From: Nibricoccus sp.
Lineage (GTDB): Bacteria > Verrucomicrobiota > Verrucomicrobiia > Opitutales > Opitutaceae
Assembly: GCA_047602425.1 (NCBI GenBank)
Contig: JASGHG010000001.1
Span: 64,001-128,000, forward strand
DNA: 64,000 nt
Reading direction: 5' to 3'
This document shows, in pieces, positions 46,308 to 58,724 of this stretch (within the stretch, counting starts at the first letter, position 1; every line of letters starts with the position of its first letter). Both the position numbers and the translations under genes were made by a program. The notes under the pieces were generated by a model. That model saw nothing but the letters and a program-made list of their open reading frames with translations, did not search any database and was not told the origin of the DNA.

Positions 46308-49300
46308 TTACTTTAGAGCCAATATGGCATCCGCAGAAGTAATGTTTCCCGCTACATTGGTTACCACAACGGCGTAAGTTCCGATAGTCGACGAACTCGC
46401 CACGATGGAATAGCTTGCCGCGGTAGCGCCCGCAACCGGTATGCCATTTAGCATCCACTGGTAGGTCAGTGGCGCCGTTCCTGTGGCAACGACTCTGAAT
46501 GTTACGGTTGTGCCAGCCGTGACAGTCTTATTCACAGGCTGAGTGGTGATGACAGGAGGAACGTTAACTTTTAATACCGCGGTCGCTGACGTAACGCTCC
46601 CCGCGGGATTGGTCACCACAACTGTATAGTTTCCAGCGTCAGCGGTCTGTGCAGATGGAACTATGTAGCTGGATGAGGTGGCTCCAGCAATTGCGACGCT
46701 ATTTCGCCGCCACTGATAAGTAAACGGAGCCGTACCGGTGGCTTCCACACTGAATGTCGCCGTAGAACCAACTGTAATCGACAGACTGGCTGGTGGCGAC
46801 GTGATCACGACGGGATTATTGACCGTCAATATTGCGCCAGCCGAGGTCGCATTGCCGACCATATTGGAAACCACCACTGAATAGACACCTGCATTCGCTG
46901 ATTGAGCTGCTGTAATCGTGCAGGTGGCCGCATTCGCTCCGGAGATTGCTACGCCGTTGAAATACCACTGATAAGCCAGCGTCGTAGAACCACTGGCAAC
47001 AACCCTGAAGCTCGCATTTTTCCCGGCGGTAACGGTCGCATTAATAGGTTGTGTCGTGATGGAAGGCGGAATCTTCACGGAGAGAGTCGCCGCGCTCGAA
47101 GTCATCGAGCCGGCCGGATTGGAAACCACCACACTGTAGGAACCCGCATCCGTCGTTTGGGCGGACGGAATGGTAAAGGTTGCATCCGTCGCTCCTGCGA
47201 TCGGGGTACTGCCTTTTCGCCATTGGTAGGTGAACGGTCTTGTTCCGACCGCACCTACGCTAAAGGTCGCCGGTGCACCCACCGCCACCGTTTGGCTTAC
47301 AGGCGGCATGTTGACGAACGGAGAACCGATGCCGACAGATATGGTAAACGAACCAGTCGCCCTGTTACCTGCCGCATCTGTTGCGTTAAGTGTGACTGTG
47401 GTAAGACCCAATGGGAAAAGACTGCCTGATGGCATCGAGGCCACGACGGTAACGTCGCCATCCACCAAATCGCTCGCTGCGGTGCTGTAGGTCACCGCTG
47501 TGCCACTTTGGTCTGTTCCATTTAGTGCGATATTTGCCGGCACTACGAGCACCGGCGCGGTCGTGTCGCGAACCGTGATGTTGAACGAGCCCGTCGCGCT
47601 GTTGCCTGCGGCATCTGTCGCAGTGAGTGTGACGAGCGTTGTCCCGAGCGGGAAGGTGCTGCCCGAGGCATGACTCAAGGCCACAGCAATCGGGCCATCG
47701 ACTAAGTCGCTTGCAGTCGCGCTGAAGGTGGCAGTGGCCCCGGATGCGCTGGTGGCTTCAAGTGTCTGGTTTGCCGGTACCGTTATGGTTGGTGCAACAA
47801 TATCGACGACGGTAATTTTAAAACTTCCTGTCACCACATTACCCGCAACGTCGACCGCGGTGACCGTGACGGTGGTTTGCCCAACCGGAAAGATGCTGCC
47901 AGGGGCAGCGCTATAGCTGACGCCAAGAGCGCCGTTTATCGCATCGACAGCCTGGGCCGAAAAAGTCACGGCCGCACCTGCGGGCCCGGTTGCCTCTGCA
48001 GTGATGTCAGCCGGAAGCGTGAGTACCGGGGCAACGGTATCGACTACCTTCACGATCAAAGTCGCCGTGCTGGTATTGCCAGCACCATCGGTTGCCGAGG
48101 CGGTGACGATGGTTTCGCCCAGTGGGAAGTTGATGTTGGTTGCCGGACTGAAGGTGACTGGTACGTTGCCGCTCACAACATCGGTTGCAGTCCCGATGAG
48201 CGCAACGGACGCACCCGCATTGGTCGTGGCCTCGGCCGTAAGCGTCTCGGGCACAGTGATAACCGGAGCGGTTGTGTCCTGCACGTTCACGGTGAACGTA
48301 TTCGTGGCGGTGTTACCCGCTGCATCGGTTGCCGTTAGAGTGACGGCCGTTGCCCCTAACGGGAAGATGCTGCCTGAAGCAGGCATCGATGAAACCGCGA
48401 CGACGCCATCGGCCAAATCGATTGCTGTAGGTGCAAATGTTACAATCGCGCCTTCGGCACTGGTGGCTTCGACCGTGATCGTCGCCGGCACGGTGATAAC
48501 AGGCGCCGCAGTGTCGAGTACCCGAATGGTACCGATCGCAACGTTGGATCGATCCATGCCATCGAAGACACTCCAGGAGAACTCGAAGTTGCCCGGTCTC
48601 TCAGGAAGATAGATCAACTTGTCGATTTCCGTTCGCGGCACTTCGGAACCAGCCACAATCGGCGATGACTGCTGATGTGTGAGCACGGTCAGTATGGACC
48701 GGGTTTGAGAGCCATCGTAGTATGTCCGAAGCGAAAGCAACTCACCTGAGGGATTGTCAGGAGTCCCCAATACCACCATGGCATCGGAGGGCGCGGGGAA
48801 GATATTCCATGCCCGCTCGGTCGGAACGCCAATCGTCTCATACCAACGGGTGGAATCCCCAACCGATGGATAGTTAACAAGCAGATCCTTGTCCCCATCG
48901 CCATCGATATCATGCACTGCCGTCAGATACACTTGGCCGATCCCGGAATCTCGTGGAGTTACCCGATGGTGCACGAAGCCACCACCTGCAACCTGCTCTT
49001 CCCAACCGACGCTGTTACCCCAGTTGGAGTCCGCAAAATTAACTGCGAAATCCAGATCGCCATCCCCATCTAGATCGGCGGGAATCATGCTGCCCATATA
49101 CAGCATCCCGCTGGCATAGGGTATGGCATAGTTCCGTCGCGTAAAGGTTCCTCCTGAATTGCTCCAGACCGACCATACCCCTCCAGTTTCGCTCGAAACC
49201 AAATCGCTGTCTCCATCGCCATCCACATCGCAAACGGCCCGTAAGACTACACTGGTACCACCAACCGTACGACGGGTGAAGGTCGGGGCGGCGCCACCGT

Positions 49301-52300
49301 CGTTGACGTAGATTTGAAGGGTCCCGGACGAAGAGGTAACGATATCAAGGTTTCCATCTCCGTCGATGTCGGCGCTCTGGCACCCAAAACCAAGACTTGC
49401 GAACGGAATGCTTTCGATCACCACCCGGGTAAACACTCGCGGCGAGCCCCCGTCATTGCGCCACCACACGACGTTGCTGGTGGTTCCGGGCTCAAGTCCG
49501 GCGAAATCAAGATCGCCGTCTTTGTCGAAGTCTCCGACGACTACGCTCATCAGTCGACTGGTTGCGATGCTTCGGGTAATGAAGTTCGCTCCCCCTGTGT
49601 TTTCATACCATGCGAGATAGTTGTCGTTATTATGTCCGATCACGACATCAGAATCTCCATCTCCGTCGAAGTCTCCGATCACCATCGATGCGGCTCCTTG
49701 GTACAAGCTTTTCGTGCTCGCTGTGAAACGGGGCAACATCGATACGATCGATCCCGCTACTGGCACACTCTCGAAGCGAAGGGATTGAAATGGCATTTCA
49801 TCGACACAATGGGTGTCGAAATTTTCTTTCGTGAGAGGCAGCGGATCGCCGTTCGTTACCAACGAAAAGCCGGTGACAACGGGTGCGTCGTTTACCGGCA
49901 TTAAGTCAACCGTAAGGAAAATCTCGGCCTTGAGTCCCTGCGGGTCCTCTGCCGTGACCACGCATTGGCAATAACCATAGAGATTCGGCGCGCCCACCAA
50001 CGTCAACAGACCGGTCTGGTTGTCGATCGTAGCGCTCGTAAACAATTCAGGTTTGTCCGTCGAAAAATAATAGCGCAAACCCGCATCAGGGGTTTCTGCA
50101 TCGTCGAAATTCTGAAACAGATTGAAGACGATGGGCGCGCCATCCTCGTAGCCAGACATCATTTGATAACTCCCATTGGGGGTGGCTGGAGCCGCGTTTA
50201 CTGGCGGAGGAGCGAAGACAGTGACCACAGCAGTCGCTGTGTTTGATTGGGCGTAGTTGCCACCGGCTTGGGCGTGAACCGAGACGCTGAATGTTCCTGC
50301 TGAATTGAAGGTGACAGACTGCGTGGCTCCTGTGCCGCTAGCACTGCCGCCCCAAACGTAATTCGTGATACCACCGCTCGCCGTGAAAGTGACTGACTCG
50401 CCAAGGTTGGTAGTTACAGCCGTCGGCGTGACCGCCACCATCGGCTGGTTTGCTGCAACGACGTCAAAGGTGCGTGCGACATTGGGCGCGGCGGTGTAGA
50501 TATCATCACCTGCCTGCACAGCGGTGATGGTCACGGAGCCGATACCGGTGAACGTAGCCACGCCGTTGGCGATAGTGACTGGGCCGGAGGTAGGCACAAA
50601 TGTAACTGGCAGGCCCGAGCTCGCGGTCGCGTTAAGGGTCAACGGAGCTCCGTAGATTTGCTGACCTGGATCGTCGAACGTGATTGTTTGGTTCTGCTTG
50701 TTGTTTGTGGTGCTGTGCATCTCCAGCTGCACATTTCCGGCTGTCACCGTCACTGTGCTGGTTATTCCGACTGAAGGACCGTGCTTGAAAAAGACTTGAG
50801 CCGTGCCGTCTTGGTCAGCGCGAACCGTTAGATTCTGGAGCAGGTCCCCTGTGATCGATGCAGCCAGACTGCCTTCACCGGAGGTCACGGCAAATGAGAC
50901 AGGGGCGTGCGCCAAGGGAGCCGTTGGCGTGACATTCCAAACTGCCACATCCAGCGGAAGCGAATTGAAGGTATTGGGTGCAGCCGACTGGTTGTCGCCG
51001 CCCACAATTGAAAGCGACGGCGTAATGTTGTTGTAGAAATCATTGGGATGCGCGTCTACGAAATCAGTCAAAAGGTCGCCGTCGCCATCCGCTAACGTGG
51101 GATTGGTGCCTAAAACGAACTCCTGAATATCGGTAAGCCCGTCGCCATCGGCATCCGCATTGCCGCTGTGGCCTAAATCGCCGAAATATTGAAGCTCCCA
51201 GACATCATCCATGCCATCTTGATCGGCATCAATTGCCGAAGCAGTGAGACGGATTGCAGCGCGGGTAGGCCGCCAGGAAGCGAACGCCAGTTGCCCATTG
51301 GTGTCATCTCCCCAACCCCGCAGGGTCCCATCGTTTTTGAGTGCGACCGCGCATCGGTCACCGGCAGCAATCTGCGCGATGCCGCCAAGCCCGATTATCT
51401 GCACCGCCGTTTTTTGGTTAACGTAAGTTCCGTCACCTAATTGGCCGTAGATATTGTAGCCGCAGCTCCAGACCGCCCCATCATCTTTCAATGCTATTGT
51501 ATACGACGTTCCACCCTTGATGGAAATGATTCCGCTTAGTCCAACCATTTGTATCGGTTTGAGCCGGGTGTTAGTCGTGCTATCGCCTAGCTGGCCACTG
51601 CTATTGGATCCCCAAGCCCACGCGCTCCCATCGCTCTTGAGCGCAATCGAATGGTTGTTGCCTGCTGATATCGATACGACATCACTCAGTTCGGTTACTT
51701 GTACCGGAGCATAGCCGGTGGTTGTCGTATTGGAGCCGAGTTGGCCATACGAATTGTCGCCCCAAGCCCACACGGTGCCGTCGTTTTTCAATGCTAAAGT
51801 ATGAGCGTAGCCTGCTGCCACCGCCACGATCCCATTCAATCCGCTCGCGGAGATTGGAATATTGCGGTTGGTGTTGGTATAATCGCCTAACTGGCCGCTG
51901 GTGTTGAGGCCCCATGTCCACACGGTGCCGTCGCCTTTCAGCGCCACATTGTGACCAAAACCTGACGATATCGCCGCTACATCCTTCAATCCCATGACCG
52001 GTGCCGCGCTTTGCCGGGCGAACACTGTTGTACCGTCACCTAACTGCCCATAGTTGTTATAACCCCAAGCCCAAACTGTGCCGTCGCTTTTTAGTGCCAC
52101 CGAGTGGCTGTTTCCTGCCGATGCTGCCGTAACGTTGTTCAGTCCGAGTACCGAGACCGGGACCGTGCTGTTTACGGATGAATTGTTCCCCAACACACCA
52201 CCGGCATTATAACCCCAAGCCCACAAACTGCCGTCATTCCGCAGGGCCAACATGTGCCTGTAGCCAGTCGCAACGGCTGTCACACTTTGCAATCCACTTA

Positions 52301-53453
52301 CAGCGACTGCCGTGTTCCTGTAGGTCGTTGTACCATCACCCAATTGACCACGAATGTTGCTACCCCACGAAGATACAGTGCCGTCGTTTATGAGGGCCAC
52401 TCCGTACTCTCCGTTTGCAGAAATCGCAACGGCACCCGTTATGCTGTTTACCTGCGCGATCGTCGACGTGACACTACCACCAGTATTTCCATTCCCCAAC
52501 TGACCATACGTATTGCTACCACAGGCCCATACCGTGCCGTCGTTTTTCAAAACCATCGTGTGGTCCATTCCTGCTGCCAGCGCGACCGCGCCATTCATTC
52601 CAGTCATCGTCACTGGCGTTGATTGATTCGTCCATGTGCCATTCCCTAACTTACCACCCGAATTAGAACCCCAGCCCAGCACAGTACCGTCGTTTTTCAG
52701 TGCTAATGAGTGATAGGAACCTGTTGCTATCGCTACGACTCCACTCAAACCACTGACCGATGTTGCAGTGGTTCGCTGCGTCAAAGAGCCGTCGCCGACC
52801 TCACCGTAAAGATTTCGTCCACATGCCCACACCGTACCGTCATTTTTTAGAACGACCGTGTGGCTGTTTCCCGCAACCACACCAACAACGTTATTCAACC
52901 CGCTCATTTGCACAGCGGTCGTGCGTTGTGTAGTCGTCCCATCTCCCAATTGGCCGAAGGCGTTGTCTCCCCACGCCCAAACCGTACCATCATCCTTGAG
53001 CGACACCGTGTAAGAATGCCCGGCGTCCACCGCGACAATGCCGTTGAGTCCCGCAATTTGTATCGGTGTTGTGCGTGAGACCGTGGTTCCGTTGCCCAAC
53101 TGGCCGTTGCCGTTTCCTCCCCATGTCCAGACAGTGCCATCACTTTTCAGCGCAACTGAGTGATAATAACCCGCTGAGACTGCCACGATATCTGTAAGCC
53201 CGCTCACCTGCACTGCCGTGGTACGCGAGGTTGTCGTGCCATCTCCCAGTTGACCATAAGCGTTTTCGCCCCACGTCCAAACCGTGCCATCACTCTTTAA
53301 AGTGACTACATGATTGTAACCCGCCGCAATCGCGCCGGTAACTGGAGTCGTTGGTGTATCGAGCGCAAATAAGCTCGAATTTGCCAATACAGCGAAGCCA
53401 ATCGCGTGCACGAGAACCTTAACCAGTAAACGCAGAAGTTTCATGGAATTCAT
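46308..53453 (-). CDS. Giant secreted multidomain protein (14 RCC1 repeats, DxDxDG Ca-binding motifs, cadherin-like, 6 FG-GAP, 5 HYR, 4 Ig)
   Basis: Counted 14 G.VW.WG.N..GQLG-type repeats, DADGDGLTD motifs, 6 DxDxDGxxD motifs, 5 D..AP.... HYR units and 4 YQW Ig units; signal peptide from ATG 53453. Confidence 0.9.
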   Translation of the reverse strand: MNSMKLLRLLVKVLVHAIGFAVLANSSLFALDTPTTPVTGAIAAGYNHVVTLKSDGTVWTWGENAYGQLGDGTTTSRTTAVQVSGLTDIVAVSAGYYHSVALKSDGTVWTWGGNGNGQLGNGTTVSRTTPIQIAGLNGIVAVDAGHSYTVSLKDDGTVWAWGDNAFGQLGDGTTTQRTTAVQMSGLNNVVGVVAGNSHTVVLKNDGTVWACGRNLYGEVGDGSLTQRTTATSVSGLSGVVAIATGSYHSLALKNDGTVLGWGSNSGGKLGNGTWTNQSTPVTMTGMNGAVALAAGMDHTMVLKNDGTVWACGSNTYGQLGNGNTGGSVTSTIAQVNSITGAVAISANGEYGVALINDGTVSSWGSNIRGQLGDGTTTYRNTAVAVSGLQSVTAVATGYRHMLALRNDGSLWAWGYNAGGVLGNNSSVNSTVPVSVLGLNNVTAASAGNSHSVALKSDGTVWAWGYNNYGQLGDGTTVFARQSAAPVMGLKDVAAISSGFGHNVALKGDGTVWTWGLNTSGQLGDYTNTNRNIPISASGLNGIVAVAAGYAHTLALKNDGTVWAWGDNSYGQLGSNTTTTGYAPVQVTELSDVVSISAGNNHSIALKSDGSAWAWGSNSSGQLGDSTTNTRLKPIQMVGLSGIISIKGGTSYTIALKDDGAVWSCGYNIYGQLGDGTYVNQKTAVQIIGLGGIAQIAAGDRCAVALKNDGTLRGWGDDTNGQLAFASWRPTRAAIRLTASAIDADQDGMDDVWELQYFGDLGHSGNADADGDGLTDIQEFVLGTNPTLADGDGDLLTDFVDAHPNDFYNNITPSLSIVGGDNQSAAPNTFNSLPLDVAVWNVTPTAPLAHAPVSFAVTSGEGSLAASITGDLLQNLTVRADQDGTAQVFFKHGPSVGITSTVTVTAGNVQLEMHSTTNNKQNQTITFDDPGQQIYGAPLTLNATASSGLPVTFVPTSGPVTIANGVATFTGIGSVTITAVQAGDDIYTAAPNVARTFDVVAANQPMVAVTPTAVTTNLGESVTFTASGGITNYVWGGSASGTGATQSVTFNSAGTFSVSVHAQAGGNYAQSNTATAVVTVFAPPPVNAAPATPNGSYQMMSGYEDGAPIVFNLFQNFDDAETPDAGLRYYFSTDKPELFTSATIDNQTGLLTLVGAPNLYGYCQCVVTAEDPQGLKAEIFLTVDLMPVNDAPVVTGFSLVTNGDPLPLTKENFDTHCVDEMPFQSLRFESVPVAGSIVSMLPRFTASTKSLYQGAASMVIGDFDGDGDSDVVIGHNNDNYLAWYENTGGANFITRSIATSRLMSVVVGDFDKDGDLDFAGLEPGTTSNVVWWRNDGGSPRVFTRVVIESIPFASLGFGCQSADIDGDGNLDIVTSSSGTLQIYVNDGGAAPTFTRRTVGGTSVVLRAVCDVDGDGDSDLVSSETGGVWSVWSNSGGTFTRRNYAIPYASGMLYMGSMIPADLDGDGDLDFAVNFADSNWGNSVGWEEQVAGGGFVHHRVTPRDSGIGQVYLTAVHDIDGDGDKDLLVNYPSVGDSTRWYETIGVPTERAWNIFPAPSDAMVVLGTPDNPSGELLSLRTYYDGSQTRSILTVLTHQQSSPIVAGSEVPRTEIDKLIYLPERPGNFEFSWSVFDGMDRSNVAIGTIRVLDTAAPVITVPATITVEATSAEGAIVTFAPTAIDLADGVVAVSSMPASGSIFPLGATAVTLTATDAAGNTATNTFTVNVQDTTAPVITVPETLTAEATTNAGASVALIGTATDVVSGNVPVTFSPATNINFPLGETIVTASATDGAGNTSTATLIVKVVDTVAPVLTLPADITAEATGPAGAAVTFSAQAVDAINGALGVSYSAAPGSIFPVGQTTVTVTAVDVAGNVVTGSFKITVVDIVAPTITVPANQTLEATSASGATATFSATASDLVDGPIAVALSHASGSTFPLGTTLVTLTATDAAGNSATGSFNITVRDTTAPVLVVPANIALNGTDQSGTAVTYSTAASDLVDGDVTVVASMPSGSLFPLGLTTVTLNATDAAGNRATGSFTISVGIGSPFVNMPPVSQTVAVGAPATFSVGAVGTRPFTYQWRKGSTPIAGATDATFTIPSAQTTDAGSYSVVVSNPAGSMTSSAATLSVKIPPSITTQPINATVTAGKNASFRVVASGSTTLAYQWYFNGVAISGANAATCTITAAQSANAGVYSVVVSNMVGNATSAGAILTVNNPVVITSPPASLSITVGSTATFSVEATGTAPFTYQWRRNSVAIAGATSSSYIVPSAQTADAGNYTVVVTNPAGSVTSATAVLKVNVPPVITTQPVNKTVTAGTTVTFRVVATGTAPLTYQWMLNGIPVAGATAASYSIVASSSTIGTYAVVVTNVAGNITSADAILALK

Positions 53454-53700
53454 GTGAAGTAGTGAAGGGGGGACCAATCCAGCCAACCAAGGCAATCGTC
53501 CACAAGAGACAATCAACCATCAATTTGAACCACGTTCTATGTTTTGTCTCTTGGAACTAGATAATGTCGATTCTTTTCGCTCAAATTCCGACTTTGACGA
53601 AAGTATCACGAACGCGTTCAGCGCCGGATCGTGCACCTAATAGGCAGCCAAATTATTTTCCTTTGCCCTTCCCTCGCGGCTACCCTGAACTCTATCGTTC

Positions 53701-56385
53701 ATGTCCACTGCCGTCACCAGCACCCCCGCTCCCCTCGCCCCTTTGCCGGGGCCAATTAATGCGGACGCGGTACTGGACAAATTTCTTTCCGCCATCTCCG
53801 CCCGCAGGCTTTCGCTCTACCCCGAGCAGGAGGAGGCCATCCTCGAACTCTTCGCCGGGCGCAATGTCGTGCTCAACACGCCCACCGGCTCCGGCAAATC
53901 GCTCGTCGCCGCCGCGTTTCATTTCAAAGCCCTCTGCGCCGGCGAGCGTTCTGTCTACACCTGCCCGATCAAGGCGCTCGTTAACGAAAAATTCCTTTCC
54001 CTCTGCCGCGATTTCGGTCCCGAAAACGTCGGCATGATGACCGGCGACGCTTCCGTGAATCCGCAGGCTCCTGTCCTTTGTTGCACGGCCGAGATTCTCG
54101 CCAACATCGCGCTCCACCGTGGCGCCGAGAGCGACATTCGCGCGGTGATCATGGACGAGTTTCACTACTACTCCGACCACGAGCGCGGCTACGCCTGGCA
54201 GGTGCCGCTGCTCACCATGCCGCGCGCGCGTTTCCTTCTCATGTCCGCCACACTCGGCGCGACCGAGTTTTTCGAAAAGGAAATGACCAAGCTCACCGGC
54301 GCCGAGAGCGTGACCGTGCGCAGCGATCGCCGGCCCGTGCCGTTAGAGTTCGAGTATTCCGAGACGCCTCTCGCCGAGCGCATCGCCGCCCTTCTTGAGA
54401 CAAAACAGGCGCCCGTCTATCTCGTCTACTTCACGCAAAAAGCAGCCAGCGAGGCCACGCAGGATTTGATGAGCCTCAACGTCTGCTCGAAAGACGAGAA
54501 AGCCGCCATCGCCAAGGAACTCGAAGGCGTCCGTTTCAACAGCCCGTACGGAAAAGACATCAAGCGCTGGCTTCGCCACGGCATCGGCGTCCACCACGCC
54601 GGCCTGCTCCCAAAGTACCGCATCCTCGTCGAACAGCTCGCCCAAAAAGGCCTGCTCAAGCTCATCTGCGGCACCGACACGCTGGGCGTCGGCATCAACG
54701 TCCCCATCCGAACTGTTGTCTTTACCCAACTTTGGAAATACGACGGGCAGAAAGCCGCCATCCTCAACGTCCGCGATTTCCGCCAGATCGCCGGCCGCGC
54801 CGGCCGAAAGGGGTTTGACGACAAGGGCTTCGTCGTCGTGCAGGCGCCCGACTACGTGATCGAGAACAAACGCGCCGAAGAACGTGCCAAAACCGACCCA
54901 AAGAAACAAAAGAAGCTCGTCAAACAACGCGCGCCTGAAGGCGCCGTCGGTTGGGACGCCAAGACGTTCGAGCGTCTCATGGTCGCACCGACCGAGCCGC
55001 TCGTCTCCCGCTTCGACGTCAATCACGGCATGCTCCTCCTCGTGCTCAGCCGCGATGCCGATGGCTGCCGCGTCATGCGCCAACTCATCGCCGATTGCCA
55101 CGAGACCGCGCACAAGAAAAAAGCTCTCCGTCGTAAGTCTTGGCAACTGTTTCGGTCGCTCCTCGAACGCAAGATCGTCGAGTTCATTTTCGTGGATCGT
55201 GTAGGGGCGCAATCTTGTTGCGCCCGCTCGGAGAACGCCGATCCCGGGCGCAGCAAGTCTGCGCCCCAACGTTCCGGCCGAAAACTCCGCGTGAATGTCG
55301 AGCTCCAGGAGGACTTTTCACTTCACCAAGAGCTTTCACTTTATCTCATCGACACGTTGCCGAAGCTCGACCGCGAATCGCCCGACTACCCGTTCGACGT
55401 GCTCACGCTCTGCGAGGCCATCGTCGAAAATCCCGAACAAATCCTCCGCAAACAAATCGACCGGCTGAAGACCGACAAGCTCGCCGAGCTCAAGGCCGCC
55501 GACGTGCCCTATGAGGAGCGCATGGAGAAGCTCGACGAGATCGAGCACCCAAAGCCGCTCCGCGAATTCCTCTACGAGACGTTCAACTCCTTCGCCTCCG
55601 CCCATCCGTGGGTCGGCCAGGACAACATCCGCCCCAAGTCCATCGCCCGCGAGATGTACGAGCGCTACCTCTCCTTCGCCGACTACATCCGCGAGTACGG
55701 ACTCGAACGCTCCGAAGGCTTGCTCCTGCGCCACCTCTCGCAAGTCTGGAAAGTCCTCACGCAAACCGTACCCGAGACAGCCAAGACCGAATCCATCGTC
55801 GAGATGGAAGAATACTTCCGCGAACTCATCCGCGCCATCGATTCCAGCCTGCTCGAAGAATGGGAACGCCTGCGCAACCCCGACTACGTCGCCGAGCCCA
55901 CCGCCACCGACAAACCCGCCCGCCCGACAAGCTTCGACATCACCCGCGACCAAGTGTCGTTCCGCCGCCTGATCCGCACTGCCATCCTCGGCTTCCTCCA
56001 AGACATCGCCGCAAGGGACTATGAGAACGCCGCCGCGCGCTTGGCGGCGGAAACCCCAAACGCCAATAGCCAAACGCCAAAGCAGGCGAGCGAAGTACCA
56101 AGTAACAAGGACCAAGTGCCAAGTGATAAGATCCGGCGCTTGGAAAACGCGTTTGGTTCATATTTCACTGCCCGCACCCGCTTCCGCCTCGACCCCGAAG
56201 GCCGCTCCGCCAAGCACACCCACTGGTCCGACAACAATCCCCCGAACCAACTGACCGTCTCCCAGGTCCTGATCGATCCTGCCGACCAGAACGACTGGGA
56301 GGCTATCTTCACCATCGACCTCGCCGCCTCTCGCTCTGAATCGCGCGTCGTCCTCCGTTTCGATAGCGTGCAGGCGATTGGCTGA
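53701..56385 (+). CDS. DEAD/DEAH-box Ski2-like helicase with DUF3516-like C-terminus
   Basis: [50 protein letters not shown]. Confidence 0.93.
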   Translation: MSTAVTSTPAPLAPLPGPINADAVLDKFLSAISARRLSLYPEQEEAILELFAGRNVVLNTPTGSGKSLVAAAFHFKALCAGERSVYTCPIKALVNEKFLSLCRDFGPENVGMMTGDASVNPQAPVLCCTAEILANIALHRGAESDIRAVIMDEFHYYSDHERGYAWQVPLLTMPRARFLLMSATLGATEFFEKEMTKLTGAESVTVRSDRRPVPLEFEYSETPLAERIAALLETKQAPVYLVYFTQKAASEATQDLMSLNVCSKDEKAAIAKELEGVRFNSPYGKDIKRWLRHGIGVHHAGLLPKYRILVEQLAQKGLLKLICGTDTLGVGINVPIRTVVFTQLWKYDGQKAAILNVRDFRQIAGRAGRKGFDDKGFVVVQAPDYVIENKRAEERAKTDPKKQKKLVKQRAPEGAVGWDAKTFERLMVAPTEPLVSRFDVNHGMLLLVLSRDADGCRVMRQLIADCHETAHKKKALRRKSWQLFRSLLERKIVEFIFVDRVGAQSCCARSENADPGRSKSAPQRSGRKLRVNVELQEDFSLHQELSLYLIDTLPKLDRESPDYPFDVLTLCEAIVENPEQILRKQIDRLKTDKLAELKAADVPYEERMEKLDEIEHPKPLREFLYETFNSFASAHPWVGQDNIRPKSIAREMYERYLSFADYIREYGLERSEGLLLRHLSQVWKVLTQTVPETAKTESIVEMEEYFRELIRAIDSSLLEEWERLRNPDYVAEPTATDKPARPTSFDITRDQVSFRRLIRTAILGFLQDIAARDYENAAARLAAETPNANSQTPKQASEVPSNKDQVPSDKIRRLENAFGSYFTARTRFRLDPEGRSAKHTHWSDNNPPNQLTVSQVLIDPADQNDWEAIFTIDLAASRSESRVVLRFDSVQAIG
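55201..55270. repeat. GTAG-type REP doublet inserted in frame in the helicase gene
   Basis: GTAGGGGCGCAATCTTGTTGCGCCCG (55201-55226) and an inverted copy at 55245-55270, 22/26 identical; each is internally palindromic. Confidence 0.8.
56051..56127. repeat. Two degenerate heptamer tandem arrays inside the helicase gene
   Basis: aaacccc aaacgcc aatagcc aaacgcc and aagtacc aagtaac aaggacc aagtgcc aagtgat. Confidence 0.75.
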
Positions 56386-56635
56386 ATCACCGGGACCACA
56401 GGGATGCAAAAACCATTTACCCATTTATGCATAGTTATCGGCACTGATACCAAAAACGCCACCTCGTCATTAGTGCCTATCAGTGAAAATCAGTGGTTCA
56501 AAACCAACTCCCTGCTCCAGCGCTCCGCGGCCTCCGAACCTCCTCTCGTGCCCGCTGTGCTCCCACTGCTGAACGTCATTTAAGCCTTCTGCCGAACCTC
56601 ATGCACATCGGCAGCTTCAAATAGTTCGGGTTTTT

Positions 56636-56662
56636 TTGTCACACTCGTGTTACACGTGACAA
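56636..56662 (+). promoter_or_regulatory. Inverted repeat upstream of the ECF sigma gene (candidate promoter or operator)
   Basis: TTGTCAC-N13-GTGACAA, 46 bp before the sigma ATG. Confidence 0.5.
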
Positions 56663-56708
56663 TATAGAGGAACGGACTTCCGCGTCCTCGTCTTCTCACC
56701 TCCGCCCT

Positions 56709-57248
56709 ATGTCTTCTCACGGCAACCAGCAGATTGAGCTATTTTCAAATCTTGTGCGCGTCCACCATGCCAGCTTGCGCGCGTTTGTCAGGGCGCTGGG
56801 AGCCGAGGAGGCTTGGGTTGACGACATTGCGCAGGAGGTGTTCTTGGTCGCATTTCGCAACTACGCGAAGTTCGATCCCTCCGCCGATTTTGGAAAATGG
56901 TTGCGCGGTATCGCTCGAAACCTCGTCGCGAACGAACGCCGCAAAGGTGCACGGCACACGCGTCTCCTGCCCGCGGTCGTGGTGGATGTCCTGCTCAACC
57001 AAACGCCTGAGGCAATAAATCCGGGCTACGAGCCCAACGATCTCCTTCCCGCCATGCGCGAATGCGTCGCCCAACTTCCTCCACGCAGTCAGGAGTTGTT
57101 GCACCACCGCTACACCGAAGGCGAAAACGCCAACCAACTGGCGGAACGTCTGCGTACGCGCGCAGAGGCGGTGCGCCAGTCGCTCGTTCGCATCCGGGCG
57201 ACGATAAAAACCTGCGTTGAGCGTAAACTCGGGGAGGCTCGCCCATGA
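56709..57248 (+). CDS. ECF sigma-70 factor
   Basis: DDIAQEVFL, FGKWLRGIARN, region 4 LPPRSQELL..RY..AVRQSLVRIR. Confidence 0.93.
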   Translation: MSSHGNQQIELFSNLVRVHHASLRAFVRALGAEEAWVDDIAQEVFLVAFRNYAKFDPSADFGKWLRGIARNLVANERRKGARHTRLLPAVVVDVLLNQTPEAINPGYEPNDLLPAMRECVAQLPPRSQELLHHRYTEGENANQLAERLRTRAEAVRQSLVRIRATIKTCVERKLGEARP

Positions 57249-57952
57249 CGGACGCGCGCTACGAATATCTCGCGAATCGCGCCCTCGACAGCGAGTTGAC
57301 CGAGTTGGAGGCGTCCGAACTGGCCCAAGCGCTCGCCGAGGACGCCGCCCGACAAAACGACTTCGTCCAGCTGTTGTCGTTTTGGGAAACGTGGTCGCAA
57401 AACGCCGCCCCGGAACGTTCCGCCGACGCTTTTGTTGCCGCGTGGAAAACCCGCCAGTCGGCAGAAATCGACTCGGGCGAGTTTGCCGCTGCGATCGAAA
57501 GCAGGCTCTCTAACCAACCGCCAGCGCGCTTTTCTGAAACCACCGCTACCTTCGCCCCCTTGCTGGCTTGGTTGCGCCGCCCGGCTCGCCTCGCTTGCAC
57601 CGCCGTCGTCGCTGTCGCGATCGCATTCGGGCTTTGGATTGCCACGTCGCAAACAGCCAGCGCGCGTGTGACCATCACAGGCGAAGCCGTTTGTCCTGCA
57701 TGCGTATTGCACGAGAGCCATCAACACTCCGCCGCTGTTCGTCTGCGGATTGGCGACAAGGTGCTGGTGTACTACCTCGATCGCTCGCCGGAACTCGATC
57801 AGCAGCAAGGCACGTTCTGCAGCGGGCCCAATCCGATCAACGTCGCAGGCACGGTCCGCAAAACTAATGGCCACCTCCAACTGAAGGCCGAACAGGTTGA
57901 ATTTCCGCTCAAGAAGACACCTGAGGGCTCTCGCATCCTTTTCCCTCTATGA
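57245..57952 (+). CDS. Putative anti-sigma factor with C-terminal CxxC (DUF6370-like) extracytoplasmic domain
   Basis: ATGA overlap with sigma; N-terminal anti-sigma-like helices, one TM helix, C-domain GEAVCPACVLHESHQH..YYL..FC. Confidence 0.7.
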   Translation: MTDARYEYLANRALDSELTELEASELAQALAEDAARQNDFVQLLSFWETWSQNAAPERSADAFVAAWKTRQSAEIDSGEFAAAIESRLSNQPPARFSETTATFAPLLAWLRRPARLACTAVVAVAIAFGLWIATSQTASARVTITGEAVCPACVLHESHQHSAAVRLRIGDKVLVYYLDRSPELDQQQGTFCSGPNPINVAGTVRKTNGHLQLKAEQVEFPLKKTPEGSRILFPL

Positions 57953-58680
57953 AAACAAACTCGATCTCCGCCCGGTCAAATATCGAAATTCACGCCGCTG
58001 CTCCCCGACGCGCTTTCCTCAAGAACTGCGCCCTCGCCGGCACCGGCCTCGCCCCCGCGCTGCGAGGAAACGCCGCCGAGCCCACGATGCCCGCCGCTAC
58101 CGACATTTGGGAAATCTTTCGCGCCCGGCGTTCCGTGCGAAAATTCAAGTCCGATCCCGTGCCCGAAGCCGATATTCGCAAGATCCTCGATGCCGCCCGT
58201 CTCGCCGCGACCTCGGGCAACCAGCAGCCTTGGAAATTCCTCGTGATTCGCGATCCCGCTAAGATCGAGGCGATGCGCGCGGCCACCGTCGAGCGGTCAC
58301 TCAATCAGGCCAGCGGGACCATCGACGAAAAAAAGAAACAAATGGTCGAGCAGCGCGTGAGCGGCTACTTCTCCGCACCGGTTTATATCGTCGTGTTGAC
58401 CGACAACCAATCGCAGTACGTAGCCTACAATCATTGGGACGGACCTCTCGCAGCCGGAAATCTCATGCTCGCCGCCCGCGCCCTCGGTTACGGCACCGTA
58501 TTTATCAGCGATTCGATCGTCGACGAGATCACGAAGTCAGTGCTCAAAATCCCCGACCGCTACACGCGCGTCTGCATTACACCCATTGGCGTGCCGGTCG
58601 CCTGGCCACCTCCGCCCGCAAAGAAGCCCCTCGATGCATTTATCGCGTGGGAAACGCTCACGACCGACGCCTCATCCTAA
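57949..58680 (+). CDS. Nitroreductase-family protein with a twin-arginine-like N-terminal extension
   Basis: RRSVRKF, AATSGNQQPWKF, NLMLAARALGYGT; N-terminal PRRAFLK followed by a short hydrophobic stretch; ATGA overlap. Confidence 0.88.
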   Translation: MKTNSISARSNIEIHAAAPRRAFLKNCALAGTGLAPALRGNAAEPTMPAATDIWEIFRARRSVRKFKSDPVPEADIRKILDAARLAATSGNQQPWKFLVIRDPAKIEAMRAATVERSLNQASGTIDEKKKQMVEQRVSGYFSAPVYIVVLTDNQSQYVAYNHWDGPLAAGNLMLAARALGYGTVFISDSIVDEITKSVLKIPDRYTRVCITPIGVPVAWPPPPAKKPLDAFIAWETLTTDASS

Positions 58681-58724
58681 AACCCGTTCTCTATAAATCC
58701 GCTTATCGCTCATCTCTCAGCCCC

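Noticed and set aside
53631..53648. GTGCACCTAATAGGCAGC as a fourth copy of the GTCAT-N7-ATGAC family
   Set aside because: Only the CCTAATAGG centre resembles the motif; the arms do not match.
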